Assembly: GCA_015680685.1 (NCBI GenBank)
Contig: MNCI01000967.1
Coordinates: forward strand, 124,001 to 188,000
Length of the DNA stretch: 64,000 bases
From: Gnetum montanum
Taxonomy: Eukaryota; Plantae; Gnetophyta
Direction of reading: 5' to 3'
The notes beneath the pieces were generated by a model. It was not told where the DNA came from, did not search any database, and was given only the letters and a program-made list of their open reading frames with translations. Each line of letters opens with the position of its first letter. The first letter of the stretch is position 1. This document shows positions 37,027-49,499 of this stretch, in pieces. The position numbers and the translations under genes were made by a program.

Positions 37027-37962
37027 TTAAGGTGTATTGGCCAAGTCATCATTGTGACTTGGTGAGTCTCCACTTTCTGAGTTGTTAGATGATGTTGGGT
37101 ACCATTCTTGATTGACTTGCCATCCTACTAAGTGGATGAGTCTTTTAGTACCACTAGCTTGTCGGAATCTTTCAACTCTGGGGTCCATTTTGAACAATTC
37201 TAAAGTTTGAGATCTGAGACTGTCTCGACGACATTGTTCTTGAATATCATGGAGATTATTGGTATACACATTTTGGTAAAAAGTGTATACCCATGGCATT
37301 TCCCAGTCTAATCTCCTAAAGATGCAAGTACTCAAAAAATATAGAAGAGTATGTTCTTGTTTTAAAAAATGCCATGCCCAAGATTGATGACTTCCATAGT
37401 AAATAAAATCTCCCCTGTGACCAGCTAATTGATGAAATAGGCTTCTAGGGTATTCTAGAAGAATGTATTTGGGAGAGTATTCATATTTGGCCCACCATGA
37501 CTAGAAGGCATGGTTTTGAGGATTTGGAGTTGTGGGGTTAATTTCAATTTTATACATATGGCAGGGATTAGGCTATTTGAGTGGCCAGTCCATCATAGAA
37601 AGTGGTTCAAATAATACTTCAAACTGCAGAAGTTGGAGTTCCACAAAAGTAGAAAGATGAAGATGATGTGGTGTAGTAGGGTCATTTAAAGGCAACCATT
37701 CTCTTGGATGTCTTTGTTCATCAAAAGAAGTTAAGAGAGTTTGTGCAACTGTACAATAAGGGCTAAAGGCTCTAGAGGTTTCTATGAAATTTTGCCAATG
37801 AGAAGTATGTTGAAGACACATGTGGTGTTGTTCTAATGTGCGCATCCATGTTTCATTGGGAAAACAACTTCGAATCTTTCTGGAGTAACAAAGAGTCCAA
37901 CCGTTTGCTTCAAACAAACTTGTACATAATATATAGAAACTCAAACAAACATTAGTACTCAA
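37027..37962 (-). pseudogene. Viral ORF2 (florendovirus ORF2-like, unknown function)
   Basis: Same-frame fragments immediately after RH with Trp-rich motifs SWWAKYEYSPKYIL and WEMPWVY. Family assignment is by motif resemblance only. Confidence 0.6.
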
Positions 37963-39770
37963 GAGAGATAAAACTCTCTTGTTAAGAAATCTGCTAAACT
38001 ATTATACTCACTGCTAATATATTGTGTTTTAAAACTAAAGTTGGCAAGAAATAAGGACCATCTTATTAAACAAGTGTGAGCAACCTTATTAAGATTTTTA
38101 ACTTGTAGATATTTGTCAAAGTGCTTTAAGTCAATTTTTACAATAAATTCTTTTTCTTGTAAGAATAACCGAAAGGCTTCAATTCCTTTGACTATAGCAG
38201 AGTAGTTCTTTATGTGTACTGTGATGGTTTTTTTGATTTGGTAGGAACTTGCCAAAACTATATTTGCAAATGTAGATCATTCCATCTTTGTTTTCTTTTA
38301 ACACCGCTCCCCAATATTTATCAAATGCATCATTTGCTAAGATTAGAGTTCCATTTGTTGGTAGTCGTAATTGAGGCAAATTTTTATAGTGTTCTTTAAT
38401 TTTTTTTATTGTGTTTGTGTGTTGGGTAGTCCATGCTATAGCCTTGTTGCTAAGTTGTTCATTTAGTAACTTGTGATCTTTGGCTAAATCTTTGTAAAAT
38501 TCAGACACATAGTTAACACAGCCTAAAAAGCATTGTAATTGTTTCTTTTCTGTTAGTTCATTAAGAACTTGGAGATTGCTTCTAAGACATGGGATTGAAG
38601 TGTTACTTTTCCATGGATGATTTCCAACCCAAGGAATTCATTTTTTTCTTGCGTTATTTTCATTTTTGTCAGTGAGAGTATTAATCCATTCTTATCTACT
38701 ACTATTCAAGATGCTCTAAATGTTGAGTAGCATCTTTATTCATTACTAAGATATCATCAATATATACTATAATAAATGGAAAAGAGGAGAAAATTTTATC
38801 CATTGTTTGCTGAAAAATGAAATGAGTTGTTTTGATGTCAAAGGGCAAAATAGTCTAGTCATATAAGCCACCTAGAACGGTGAAAGTAGTTTTCCACCAA
38901 TCCTCTGGGTACACCTAGATCCCCCAAAAACTAGATTTTAAATCAAATGTAGAGTAAATGTGCGCATTTGGCAGTTTTTGAAATAAATCATCCTTACTAG
39001 GGATTGGATGTTGTATAGATTTTATTAAGTCATTTAGAGGTTTATAGTTAACAACTAATCCTTTTTTACCTCTAATTTGTTTCATCCTTTTATTTACATA
39101 AAAGGCGACATAAGAAAACATACTCGTGCTAGGTTGAATTAATCCTTTTTGTAAAAGTTGATTTATTTCTATTTCACTCTTTTTTTTAGATCTGGTGACA
39201 TTCCTATGTGGTGCACTTTTGCTTTAATTTTGATATTGTCTTTTAAATCAATATGACACTAGTGCTGTTTCTTCCATTAGAAGAAGGCAGTTGGATCATT
39301 TGATGCTACTGTTAACAACTTTTCTTTCATTTTCTCAAATTGCTCCTCTTTTTTACTTATTTAATTAACTATCCATTGGGTATTATCGATATTTGGAGGT
39401 ACAATAGTTTCAAACCTTATTTTATTTTGTGATAAGTGAGGATATTGGAATTTTTTAGGATTATAGTAGTATTTGTTATGGTATATGGTTCAAACTGACT
39501 AAGATTATCTATACTAATTAGAAGAACATTATAGAATTATCTGGAGCTAAAATAGGAAGGTCTCCTTTAAATTCTATGAGAGACGTTTGTGTGTGTTGAA
39601 GGCAACATGCATTGTTTGTCTTGGTTTCCATAAAAATGAAGGTAGGATACCAGGTCTTCCTAAAGATATTTCTTCTCTGCTGTCCAATAAGGCATCTACT
39701 AGATATGGCTTAAAAAAGGATAACTTTATTAAAAATGTACACATTGGAACCATTGGTTTTTGTATGCTAT
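37959..39770 (-). pseudogene. Caulimovirid aspartic protease-RT-RNase H
   Basis: ALLDS protease site (about 39680); LVVNYKPLND; YSTFDLKSSFW; VYIDDIL (38753-38764); LILANDAFDKYWGAVL; LIRWSLFL; NSLADFLTREF. Confidence 0.92.
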
Positions 39771-40273
39771 TCTCATTAATTATATTTATAGGTACGACTA
39801 TCTTACTAGTTTCTTCTTAATACTGAAGTCTATTTTCACTATCTTCTTCAAGTGTTAATTCTTGGATTTTTTAAATGGCCCATTCCATGAATATCTTTAG
39901 TTGTTCAATTCTATGTTTCCTCCACAAGGATCTAGTTGATTCTGGTTGTAGTTGTCTAGGCTCTTTTTTTAATGAATGTTCAGAAGGGATATCTTCTTCT
40001 TCTAAAAGTTTTTCTAATTCCTCTATATCTTCTTCTATAGAAGCATAAGGTTGAGAATTTAGAAAAACTTGTTTTTCTTTTAAATGTTTTTTATGTAACT
40101 TCAATTCTTTTTTCTTTTTTTCTAGTTGTTTTTCTACAGCCATATCTTTAAAAATGTTTTCTATAGGTATTCTTTTTAATTTACTTTTTAATATGCTAAC
40201 TTGATTTTCTATTTCTATGTAGGTTGGGTCTTCTTTAGGCTAAAGAGAAATTTTTAAAGGTTTTTGATGATGA

Positions 40274-41450
40274 CTATGAAGAAGGGAGTTTATTCATATT
40301 ATTAAAATAACAAACATCAAAATTAGACAAATGTGAAGAATAAAAATCATCTGCCGCTCTCCCCTCCGAAAAAGGGTTAGGTGATTTATCAGAATACTCA
40401 TAAGACATTTCAAGGAGAATGTCTCCATGTTCAAATGGAACATGTTCATTGGAAACATAGTCAAAATATTGTTCTGATATGTTGTATTTTTGAATGAAAT
40501 TCACCTTTTTAGGATGCTGGGTCTTTTGAAGACACTGGTTTAAGAAGTGTGGTCCATGACACAGAAAGCATTTAACATCTTTCCGTGGTAATTTCTTAGA
40601 ACGTTGTTTAAACATTCCTCGAAATATTTTGGAGGGCCTTGGATTATATCTTCATTTCCATTGCTGATTTTGTGGTTTATAAGATTGTTTCGGTTTAGTA
40701 GACCTATTTCTATGAGAAAAAGAAGCACAATCTTTTTGTGATTTTTTATATTTTTCTTCTAAACAAATTTCTAAACAAAGACTTTTACCTAATTTATGAC
40801 TTAGGTCCCTAACTAAGTTTTGGGCTTTCTGAGCGTAATAGAGAACAGAGTTCTCTGTTTACATCTGTAATAAATTGTTGTATAGCACCAAAACTCATTT
40901 CACCTAAATTCAGATTTCTCCTTTTTAATTTTGCATAATATTTATTGTAGAACATCTATGGTAAACATCCTAGCAAATTTTCCTTGGCACTTATTTCATG
41001 TGTTAATTTACCGAAGTAATATAATTGTCACATTTCATCGAAAAAGGTATGTAAATCTTGGATTCCGGATAATCTAGATTTAAAAAATCTATCTCAATAA
41101 ACATGATTAAGATTGACTTTATTTCTGATGAATTCTTTAATGATTGCATTTAGAAATACAATTGTTGGAGTAGAAGTTAACTTTCTTTTAATACTTAGAG
41201 GAATGTGATTTCAGCATCTTATAATTCCCCTAAAATTGTAGGTGGTATTAAAGATAGCCAATTTTGCTTCTTTCCTTTCTAAGTAGATCTGGACATCTAG
41301 ATATCCTTGAATAGCATCTATGGTATCTTAATGACCTTTTAAATCTTTATGATCCATACTAAATGTTGGATGTTTATTCCCAAACTTTCTAATTTGAATT
41401 TTTGAGAGGTCAATAGGATCTTCTTGGTAACCTATAGTAGATTTCTTAAT
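40274..41450 (-). pseudogene. Caulimovirid coat protein region with Cys-His knuckle
   Basis: Basic tract followed by KDVKCFLCHGPHFLNQC (knuckle at 40532-40570). Confidence 0.7.
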
Positions 41451-42359
41451 CAACAACTCTTTTTCTATGTCATAAGAGGCTATTAACTCCTGAGTAGTTG
41501 TTGATGATTCTGAATATGTCTTTAGTCATATTAGCATTAATGGCTAATCCTTTTCCTTTTTCCTTTGCTAATTCCTTTTGGTTTCTTCTGTATCTTGCGG
41601 TATGAGATTTTCCTATGTGTGGCGGTGATCCAATGACAGGAATATTATCAGCGGATTTTAACCAAGAAGAACTTTTTGTTCCTTTAGGAACCCAAACTTG
41701 CCTAATTTGTTTTTACCTTATTTTCTATAAATGCTAAACTAGATGTATGTTTTTGACTTTCTCCTACTAACTAATCTATATGGATATTAGCCCAATTTTG
41801 TAGTTTTAGAATATCTACTAGTTCTTTTTGTCCTTTGATAAACTTTCTTTTATCAATATATTCTCCATTGGTTTTTGTTTCTTTAAGAAGTGACTTGTGT
41901 TCTGGTCCAGATTTATCGTTAGGAGATATAAATTTTTTTTATCAATTTTTCTACTTCATCTACTTTGTTGGTATTTATTTTAACCAAAGCATCACATTCT
42001 TTGTAATGATATTGATAATCTATCTTTTCTACTTTTAGATATTTGCAAGAAGGATCTAATGAAGATGCTTCCTCAGAATCAGAATCATTTTTAGAAGAAC
42101 TACATTCTTCTATTTTTGCTTTTCCTTTTTGTTCAGGTAAAGTTAGAATTTCTCCTAAGATTGTCTCTACTAGTGTTTTGATTCCTAATTCCTGAAAGAT
42201 TTTTGCTAAATTTGTTGCTATTTTTTGTTTTTCAATGATATCTAATTGAGATGATTCTTGGTTTTGTTGTGGTATAACACCAGGTAAAGGGGGTAAGATT
42301 GAGTAAGAGAAGGAACAGACGTGAAAAGGATCCTGATTCATAAACCTTGGAGGCTTTAA

Positions 42360-43137
42360 CTAGACTTGGTACCTTCTTTTTGAATGAGTTCTAGAAGGTT
42401 TTAAATATTCATAGTCTTTATCTTCGAGATCTATCAAGTCAGGATATTGGGTGTGAATTGGGAGTTCTTCTATATTAATACTCACCCCATATTCAATGTT
42501 CGTAGAACCAACTTGTAAAGCTTGTTCTCCTAAGGGTAATAAAGTCCAGATACTAGTTGAATTAAACAATTTAAAGCATAATCTTGTTCCTATGGTTGCG
42601 TAGATACTTTTTTCTTCCATATTTTCCAGAATGTGAGCGATAAGCATTAAGATTTTATATAAATTTGGATCATGGAGGGATAAGGTAAAATTTGGAATAG
42701 TGACAACAAGAGCATCAGTTGCTAATTTACCTTTAGCCTGTGTAATTATTGCATCCTTAAAATTTTTAAGTCTTTTGTCTATTAACACAATCTAGTAGGG
42801 GTTTTATAGCCTATAGTTAAGTGCGGGTGTATGTGGATTGAAAGTTCAGCAATGTGGACGTATTTGTAATCCTTTTGAATCCATTGTGCAACCTCCCTTG
42901 GTAAAAAAAATGTTAAGGCAATAGGGTGCAAACCAGTTCCCAAAATTTCAAGATCACATTCAGAAAATACAATTCCTTGTATGTTTCTAAGAAAGAAAGG
43001 CTTTTGAAATCATAAATTTTAGAGCACTTGGGAATAGGTAACAAAGTGGATCCATTTGTATTTTGATAAAATAATGTTAAATGCTAAATATAGGAGTTAA
43101 AGGAAGAGGAACCTACAGGAGTGTGGGTGTTTGCCAT
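42360..43137 (-). pseudogene. Caulimovirid 30K-type movement protein domain
   Basis: YKYVHIA motif followed by LIDKRLKNFKDAIITQAKGKLATDALVVTIPNFTLSLHDPNL. Confidence 0.85.
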
Positions 43138-43594
43138 AGGTGTTGAAGAATGCTACTGGAACTACCTCTCTACTGCACGACTTATTTTGCCTTTATCCGT
43201 TGGGCCTTGCTACGTGACTAATGCTATTTGACAATTTGAACCAGTAGAAGTTCAAAATGAAGGCATATTATCTCTCTGAGCATTCACTCAGAACCTCTCA
43301 TAGCGATATTCAGAATGAAAGTACAAAAGAACGAACGTTGGCTCCAATTCTTGATCACTTTAGATTTTAACTTGAACTAAAGGAAATAATTGATCTTTCA
43401 TCATCGCTTGCTAATAACTAAGTAGCTTTGACTTGATCAATTTAGATTTGAACAATATGAGTAACTTCCCTTGGTGATAGATAATCAATAATTAACAAAG
43501 GAATATTAGCTATTTGCATAGGAATAAAAGCTTGATGTTGTACAATAAAGCTCCTGAAATTTGGATAGGCCATCATAAGTTCTAGTTTTTAGGT

Positions 43595-46500
43595 TTGCAA
43601 TAGAAGTGGTGAGGTGGTGCACTAGGTGAGGCAACATGTAAGGTGAGGCAATGCACCAAGTAAGGAAGTGTACCACATGATGCATCACCACTCATTGAAA
43701 CAAGCTCAAACTATAGGTTTAAGTGCATATAAATACCTTTATGTATTTGGTTTTACAAATAGATTCAAAATTATCACTAGATGCCTCACCATTTCTCTAT
43801 GACTAAATTAAGCTAGTCCCTTAGCTTACAACAATGAAAATTGGGCTAGACATGACTTATGGTCAACATAGAGGAGTTACAACAAGATATGATACAAGAC
43901 ATAATATTAACTTGCCACCTCAAGAAGTAGCACTAGGAGGAGGTGGTTGTGGTGAAATAAGTCTTGGCATGCCTAATGTGTACTAAGGATACATTGGATA
44001 TCTCTAGACATGCTCTTCTAAGCTTATTACCCTTACTTGAAGAATCCTACTTTGGTGGTTCCATTATCTATATAAATAAAATCTACCAACAAATCATTCA
44101 GCATTGCTCCTAGTGATCATTATTGTGCATGTCCTCCATTTGGTATTTAGGGAATGAGATTTGTGAGCTCCGAATCTTCTTGGTTAGTGAAATTAGTTGG
44201 GTCAAGTTCAATTGATGGTTTAAATGGTACTTGTCTTTTAGTTGGTTCCATCATGGAGGCTTGAGCTTCTTCAAGTTCATTTGGTCATGACCTTCAATAC
44301 ATCAAACACAATTATTGGGACCTAATTTCCTATGAAAAATGCTAAAAAACCATGTAAGTTCCTCCAGATTCTATACATCCATTGCAAAAAAAATGTTGGA
44401 AAGAATAATAAAAAGCATATAAGCCAAGGACAACATGTGAAATATTATCATAGCCAAGATTCTAGCATAAGCAGGTATGAAAAATGTGATAGGAAAATGT
44501 TTTTAAAAATAATACTTGATTTTGTTACAAGCCCAAATACGAAAGGAGGAGGGTTAGCATCAGGTTGGTATTCAGCTATAAAACCTTGCCAAATCTGATG
44601 AATGAGTTATTTTTTAGATTTTGCAGATGCTAGGGTATTTCCTAGATGCAATGTGTAGCAATCACAGGGCTTGGTATTTGTGGAAAATAGGCAAGGGCTT
44701 GCTAATAAACAAAAATCTAGCTCTTCATAGAGGTGAATGATGAAAAAGGACTTATGTAACTGATCGCATGTTGTTGGGACAAGGCTAGGATGATGATGAT
44801 GATACCTTATTTTGTCTCTCCCCCACAACTAAGGTACGAGACACTTAGGTTGAACAAGTAAAATACATATTACCACAAGAAATAAAAGCACATTAATGAA
44901 ATATAATACATGATTTGAATATCACAGAGTTTGGAAAAGGAAGGAACATAGACACAAGGGATCATAAAGAATTAAAAGAAAATAAATATTTCAATTTAAA
45001 ACTATAAATCAATAAGGCAATCAAATAAGGGCAAGGAAAGAAATGCCCTGGTTGACTGTTAAAACCCATAGTCACTACTACCCAAGCATGAGAACAATCA
45101 TGTGCTTTATGTAATGCAACCACTAGCATTCTATAAGAAATTAAGCATTGAGCTCACTTGCTTACAATGCTAAGCCACCAAGAATTCACAAGTGGGTTCT
45201 TCTCATAGTAGGCTCCTACCTTTTTGCCCTTGCAAATCTTGTTGATGAGACACAAGTTCACAATAACTAGTGAGGCATCAACATCAAATATGAGCCCACA
45301 TCTTGGATGACCAAATCTCATCATTTGCTTCACCTTGGTTGGCATCTTGTATGCACAACAATGAACTAGAGATGGTCTAAAGAGGAAGAAAGAGATGAAG
45401 AACTTGAATGGACTAGAGAGGTGAAAGGTTAATTGAAATATCATTAGGTCCCAACCAATAATTAAATTAGCTTATTAGAGCATGTGAGCGTTCATCACAC
45501 TCCACAAGGGATCTTCTACTAGTGTCCTTCACTAGGACTCACTAAACTAGTAAAGATAGGCCTCTAAGTCTCCATTCAAAGATGCAAGGTAGTACCATCA
45601 CTGCTAATGCCATTTAGTCTAGATTATTCCATGGCTAGATCATTGATAGAGTTAGGCTGAGTAAAGTGCTGCAAATTCATCTAGAAGGCTAAGAATTTGA
45701 TTTGGTTTTCTTCTCTTCTTGCATGTATGTAGGATAGGTTCTTGAATTTGATTTTACTAGAAGCCTCTCTTTAGTCCCTCTAGTTACGCTAAACAATCAA
45801 GTTTACACATTATACTTTGGATGGGAAATAAACATATGAATACCCTATCATGGTTAATTTTATTTTATTTTTAGTTGGCTATTAGATTAGAACTTGATCA
45901 AAAGCAACATCTAACTTCACCAAAGTTTCTTTAAAGAGCAACTTCTAAGTCTTCAAAGCCACTAAAGCTTGGGTAGTGTAGTGATTAATGGTCATAGACT
46001 TATACTTTTTTGATATTCTCAAGTAACCTACTGAGTTGGTCATAGACAAGTGATTTTACTTTGATGGTAAACTACCAATTTGAGTGGCATAGACATAACT
46101 CAGATTCTTACTAATTGTAAATAACACAAAAAAGCTCTAGCCTAGGATGGTAATGTTGCCATTTTGTGTGGGCCAAAAGTACAAGAAAACATTTATTGCT
46201 CATATCTCGACTATCTCATCCTCTTTTTTTTCTATTCTTTTTGTTTTATTGTTCTTTCTCTTTTTTTTTTCTTTAAATTTTTTTCTTTCTATTTTTTTTG
46301 GGTTTTTGAAAAGGGAAGAGGATCATTACTTTTAGATGCTCAAGAGTATTGGATCACCACTTGGAGTCCTTTATATGTAATTGGGTAAATTAGATAGGTC
46401 ACCCATAAGCTCAATGTGGCATGCATAAGTTAATAAAATCACAAACCTCCTCTAACCAATGCGGTTAGGCAAGCCAAGTACAAACACATGATCCAACCCC

Positions 46501-47040
46501 ATTAATCAAGAACCATTCCAATGGTCATGGTATTCCTTGATGATACACCCTTTTTCAAATTACAACCAAGCACTCATCTAGGTTTCTAGAACTCACATCT
46601 TAAAATTTGGGCCCACCAGACCTCCCATGGATCTAGTAGTAGTAGCTTCCCCACTTGTGGCATAGGATCCAACTCCTCATTAAATATATGCCTAGTTCAC
46701 TAGTGATGGTAGAAGAAATGAGGATGGATGAATTTTCATTGTGTGTGCATTCCATTAACCAAAGTTTGACATTGGATCCATTCATCGCTCTTGCATCATC
46801 ATCGCATCTGTAAGCTTACCTATCCAATAGTTGGCTTTTAGGGCAAGCATTCATAAAGCATATTAATTGATTTCCCATGTACATAAAAAACACACTCAAA
46901 AGAATATGAAAATAAAAATTGATTAATCATTAATATCAAAAAAGGAAAAAAAAACATCATGCCAAAAAAAAATCAAAATTGTTAGATTTATATTCTAAAA
47001 GACATGCTATTACAACTAGAAAATTTGGTTGCTAAAAAAT
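43595..47040 (-). mobile_element. Degenerate 5' internal region of a Tat/Ogre-like element
   Basis: Follows a PBS-like TTTTTAGCAACC (about 47027-47039, -). CG/CHG-depleted with broken ORFs and no diagnostic domain recognised. Confidence 0.4.
44690..44803 (+). mobile_element. RTE-clade LINE 3' end with (GAT)n tail
   Basis: ATCTAGCTCTTCATAGAGGTGAATG...GTTGGGACAAGGCTAGGATGATGATGATGA, homologous to 31258-31420. Confidence 0.75.
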
Positions 47041-47041
47041 C

Positions 47042-48464
47042 AAAGGTTCCAGTGCAGCAACCTTGACCTCAGATCCCAAGGGCCTTCACAAAAAACAAGA
47101 TCCGAGGTGCCCTGGATGGTCCAATAGATCATCCAGGGACTTAAGAAGGATCAACTGAGGGTAGAAAAAAATAGAAATGCAATACAAATATGAGAAAATA
47201 AATGTATGAAAACACAAAAAATAAATTCAACTTGCATAACAAAACAAAACTTTAAAATTTATTATAAAAATAAAGTATGAATTCAGGAAATGCATACAAG
47301 ATGTGCCTGAGGTAGCAGGGAGGGTTCACTTTGATGGGGGTTTGGAGTCTATTGAAACTACCATGGTTAGCTACACGATCTAGAGGTTCCATAATGCCCA
47401 ATGCTATCAAACCTTGCTGCTCTCCTCCACAAATTTGTAGTGTTGGTGGTGCAGGGAGGGAGGGGGTGGAGGGGTGAGATGTGTGGGGGTTATGAATCAC
47501 AAGAGTGAGCCATGTTCAGAGTCTTGATACCTAAGTGCTATGTGTTGATACCAAAATCCACACAATCTCAGGGGATAAAAGGTGTCATAATGGCTACAAA
47601 GGTTCCACGTTGGGGTGATTTAAGAAGCTTTGTATTTGCAGGTGTGTAAGAGATCTCAAATGAAAAATATGGCTAAAAATTCAAGAGTATGGAACCTTTC
47701 TATGGTGTTGAAGCTTGATTTTTATAGGTTTTTGTCCAGAAATTTAACTGCAAATTTTTGCTACATATAGGTGTTTCAAGTGTCCAAATCTAACTGGGTT
47801 ACTATGTATGGTAAGTTTTGATATCCCTATGGCATCAAAATGATTCTATTTACTAAAATAGTAAATGGAAATTTCACCTATGCTAGCTTCTTCCATCCAT
47901 GCTAGCGTCAACACTGGAGTTGGAGTAGTGCTAAAATTCTAGGTCATGCTAGAGTAATGCTGGGGAGGGGGGAGGAGTAGTAATGTTGGAGGGTAAGAGT
48001 TATACTCCCCACGTTGGGTATGGGTGATGTTACACCCTCCAACATTGAGTGTAGTTGGGTTATACCCCTCCTCAAGTGTTTCTAGTGTAGTAAATTTTGT
48101 ACCCCCCCCCCCCCCCCCCCCCCCNCCCCCCACCAACAAAACCTCTTAAAATGCTAATTTTGGTAGTCCAAAAGGCAATTTTAACCCCCAAGCCGAAATA
48201 TAGGCATAGTATGACCTTTTTTACTTAGAGGTTGAGGTTTGATCACTTAAGAGGCATTTTAGCATTGAAAGATAAAGTATGTAAAATTAGATCTCTTGGA
48301 TTACAATCTTCACATTTACAATGAAGTTTAGCCTTCACTTTCATGGGGTGTGGATTACAAAAGTTACAACATGCATTTTTGGTGGTGTTTCATTGGTCCC
48401 TCTTTGTTGATGTCTAGAGGATTGACCTGAGAGACATTGAAAAAGAATACAAAACACCACTACA
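47042..48464 (-). repeat. Putative Tat-type LTR
   Basis: Candidate start TGTAGTGG at 48464 after a degenerate PPT; TATA (CCTATAAAAA) near 47725; PBS-like motif downstream. No second copy in the window to confirm it. Confidence 0.4.
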
Positions 48465-49499
48465 AGTCCATCACCAATGTTCCCTCTTCATGCTTGATTC
48501 AGTCATGTTGAACTATGCCAAAGAGTGATTGTGATGGTGGGATAAGGCTATGATGAGGTAATAGGGATTAAGGATTATATTCAGCTATAAGGAAATGGTT
48601 ATAAGGGTTAACAATGAGTTTCAAATCTTGACATCATGGCTATGGTGTTGACATGCTGGTCAGTTAATGGTTTGGCACTTCATATTTTTGAAATGTTGGT
48701 CATTTAGCAAATGCATTTAAGGATCCAACATCTCACTCCAAGGTTTCTTTGGCCATTAGGCTCCTCCTTCTACATGGTTGGAGCCACTTGTTTATCTTCT
48801 TGGTCTTCAACAGCTTTTCCAGCTTCTTATCAATTTGCTTTCCCACACTTCTTTTTGTGGGATGAAATCTTCATTGGGTTTCTTTGCTAAGGCTAGATTG
48901 ATTTTGTTTTTTTGCTAAATGAGATGTGATACATATAGCATACTTGATGGCTTTTCCATCAAAAAAGATGTGTTACGCTCAATGGACTTAATGGTTTTCC
49001 AATTGAATGAGATGTGTTACATTCAATAGACTTGAAGGTGGAGCATGACAAAGGGATGTCATATGGCCATAATGCATGAATGTTAGACATAGGTCATCAT
49101 TGTTGTTCAAGGTAAGGAAGGTTATGAATAGGCTTTGGGGTTGGGTTTAAGGAGAGATAATACGAATGGAGTGAAATTGACACTTTCAACATGATAGGAC
49201 AAACTCACTAAATCTTGTGCATTGAGGTCATGCGATGAGTAGTTTCCATGATGAGTTGTATCTTTATGATGACTTTAGGCTTCATCCTACAAACATAACT
49301 CCAAGAGGACAAGAAAAAAAACATGTTGTTACAATGTAATGCATAAGGCCATACAGAATGATTAGCAAACCAGGCTACTATAGGTCATAATTGGTGCATC
49401 CAAAAGGGATCTATATCAAAGTGTAAGTTTGTTTTTTTTACAACAGAGGTCATGTAGGCTCACTTGTTATTAGTTGTTGAGGTTGTCAGCTAGCTACAT

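Larger units (their letters stand above)
36500..43590 (-). mobile_element. Endogenous caulimovirid (pararetrovirus), near genome length, florendovirus-like layout, decayed
   Basis: Colinear MP-CP(zinc knuckle)-AP-RT-RH polyprotein plus a downstream ORF2. No integrase or LTRs. A-rich coding strand. Boundaries approximate. Confidence 0.9.

Noticed and set aside
48102-48131. Poly-C tract (and poly-G at about 6018-6034) as G-quadruplex elements
   Set aside because: Homopolymers of unreliable length, one containing an N. The poly-G is not conserved in element A.
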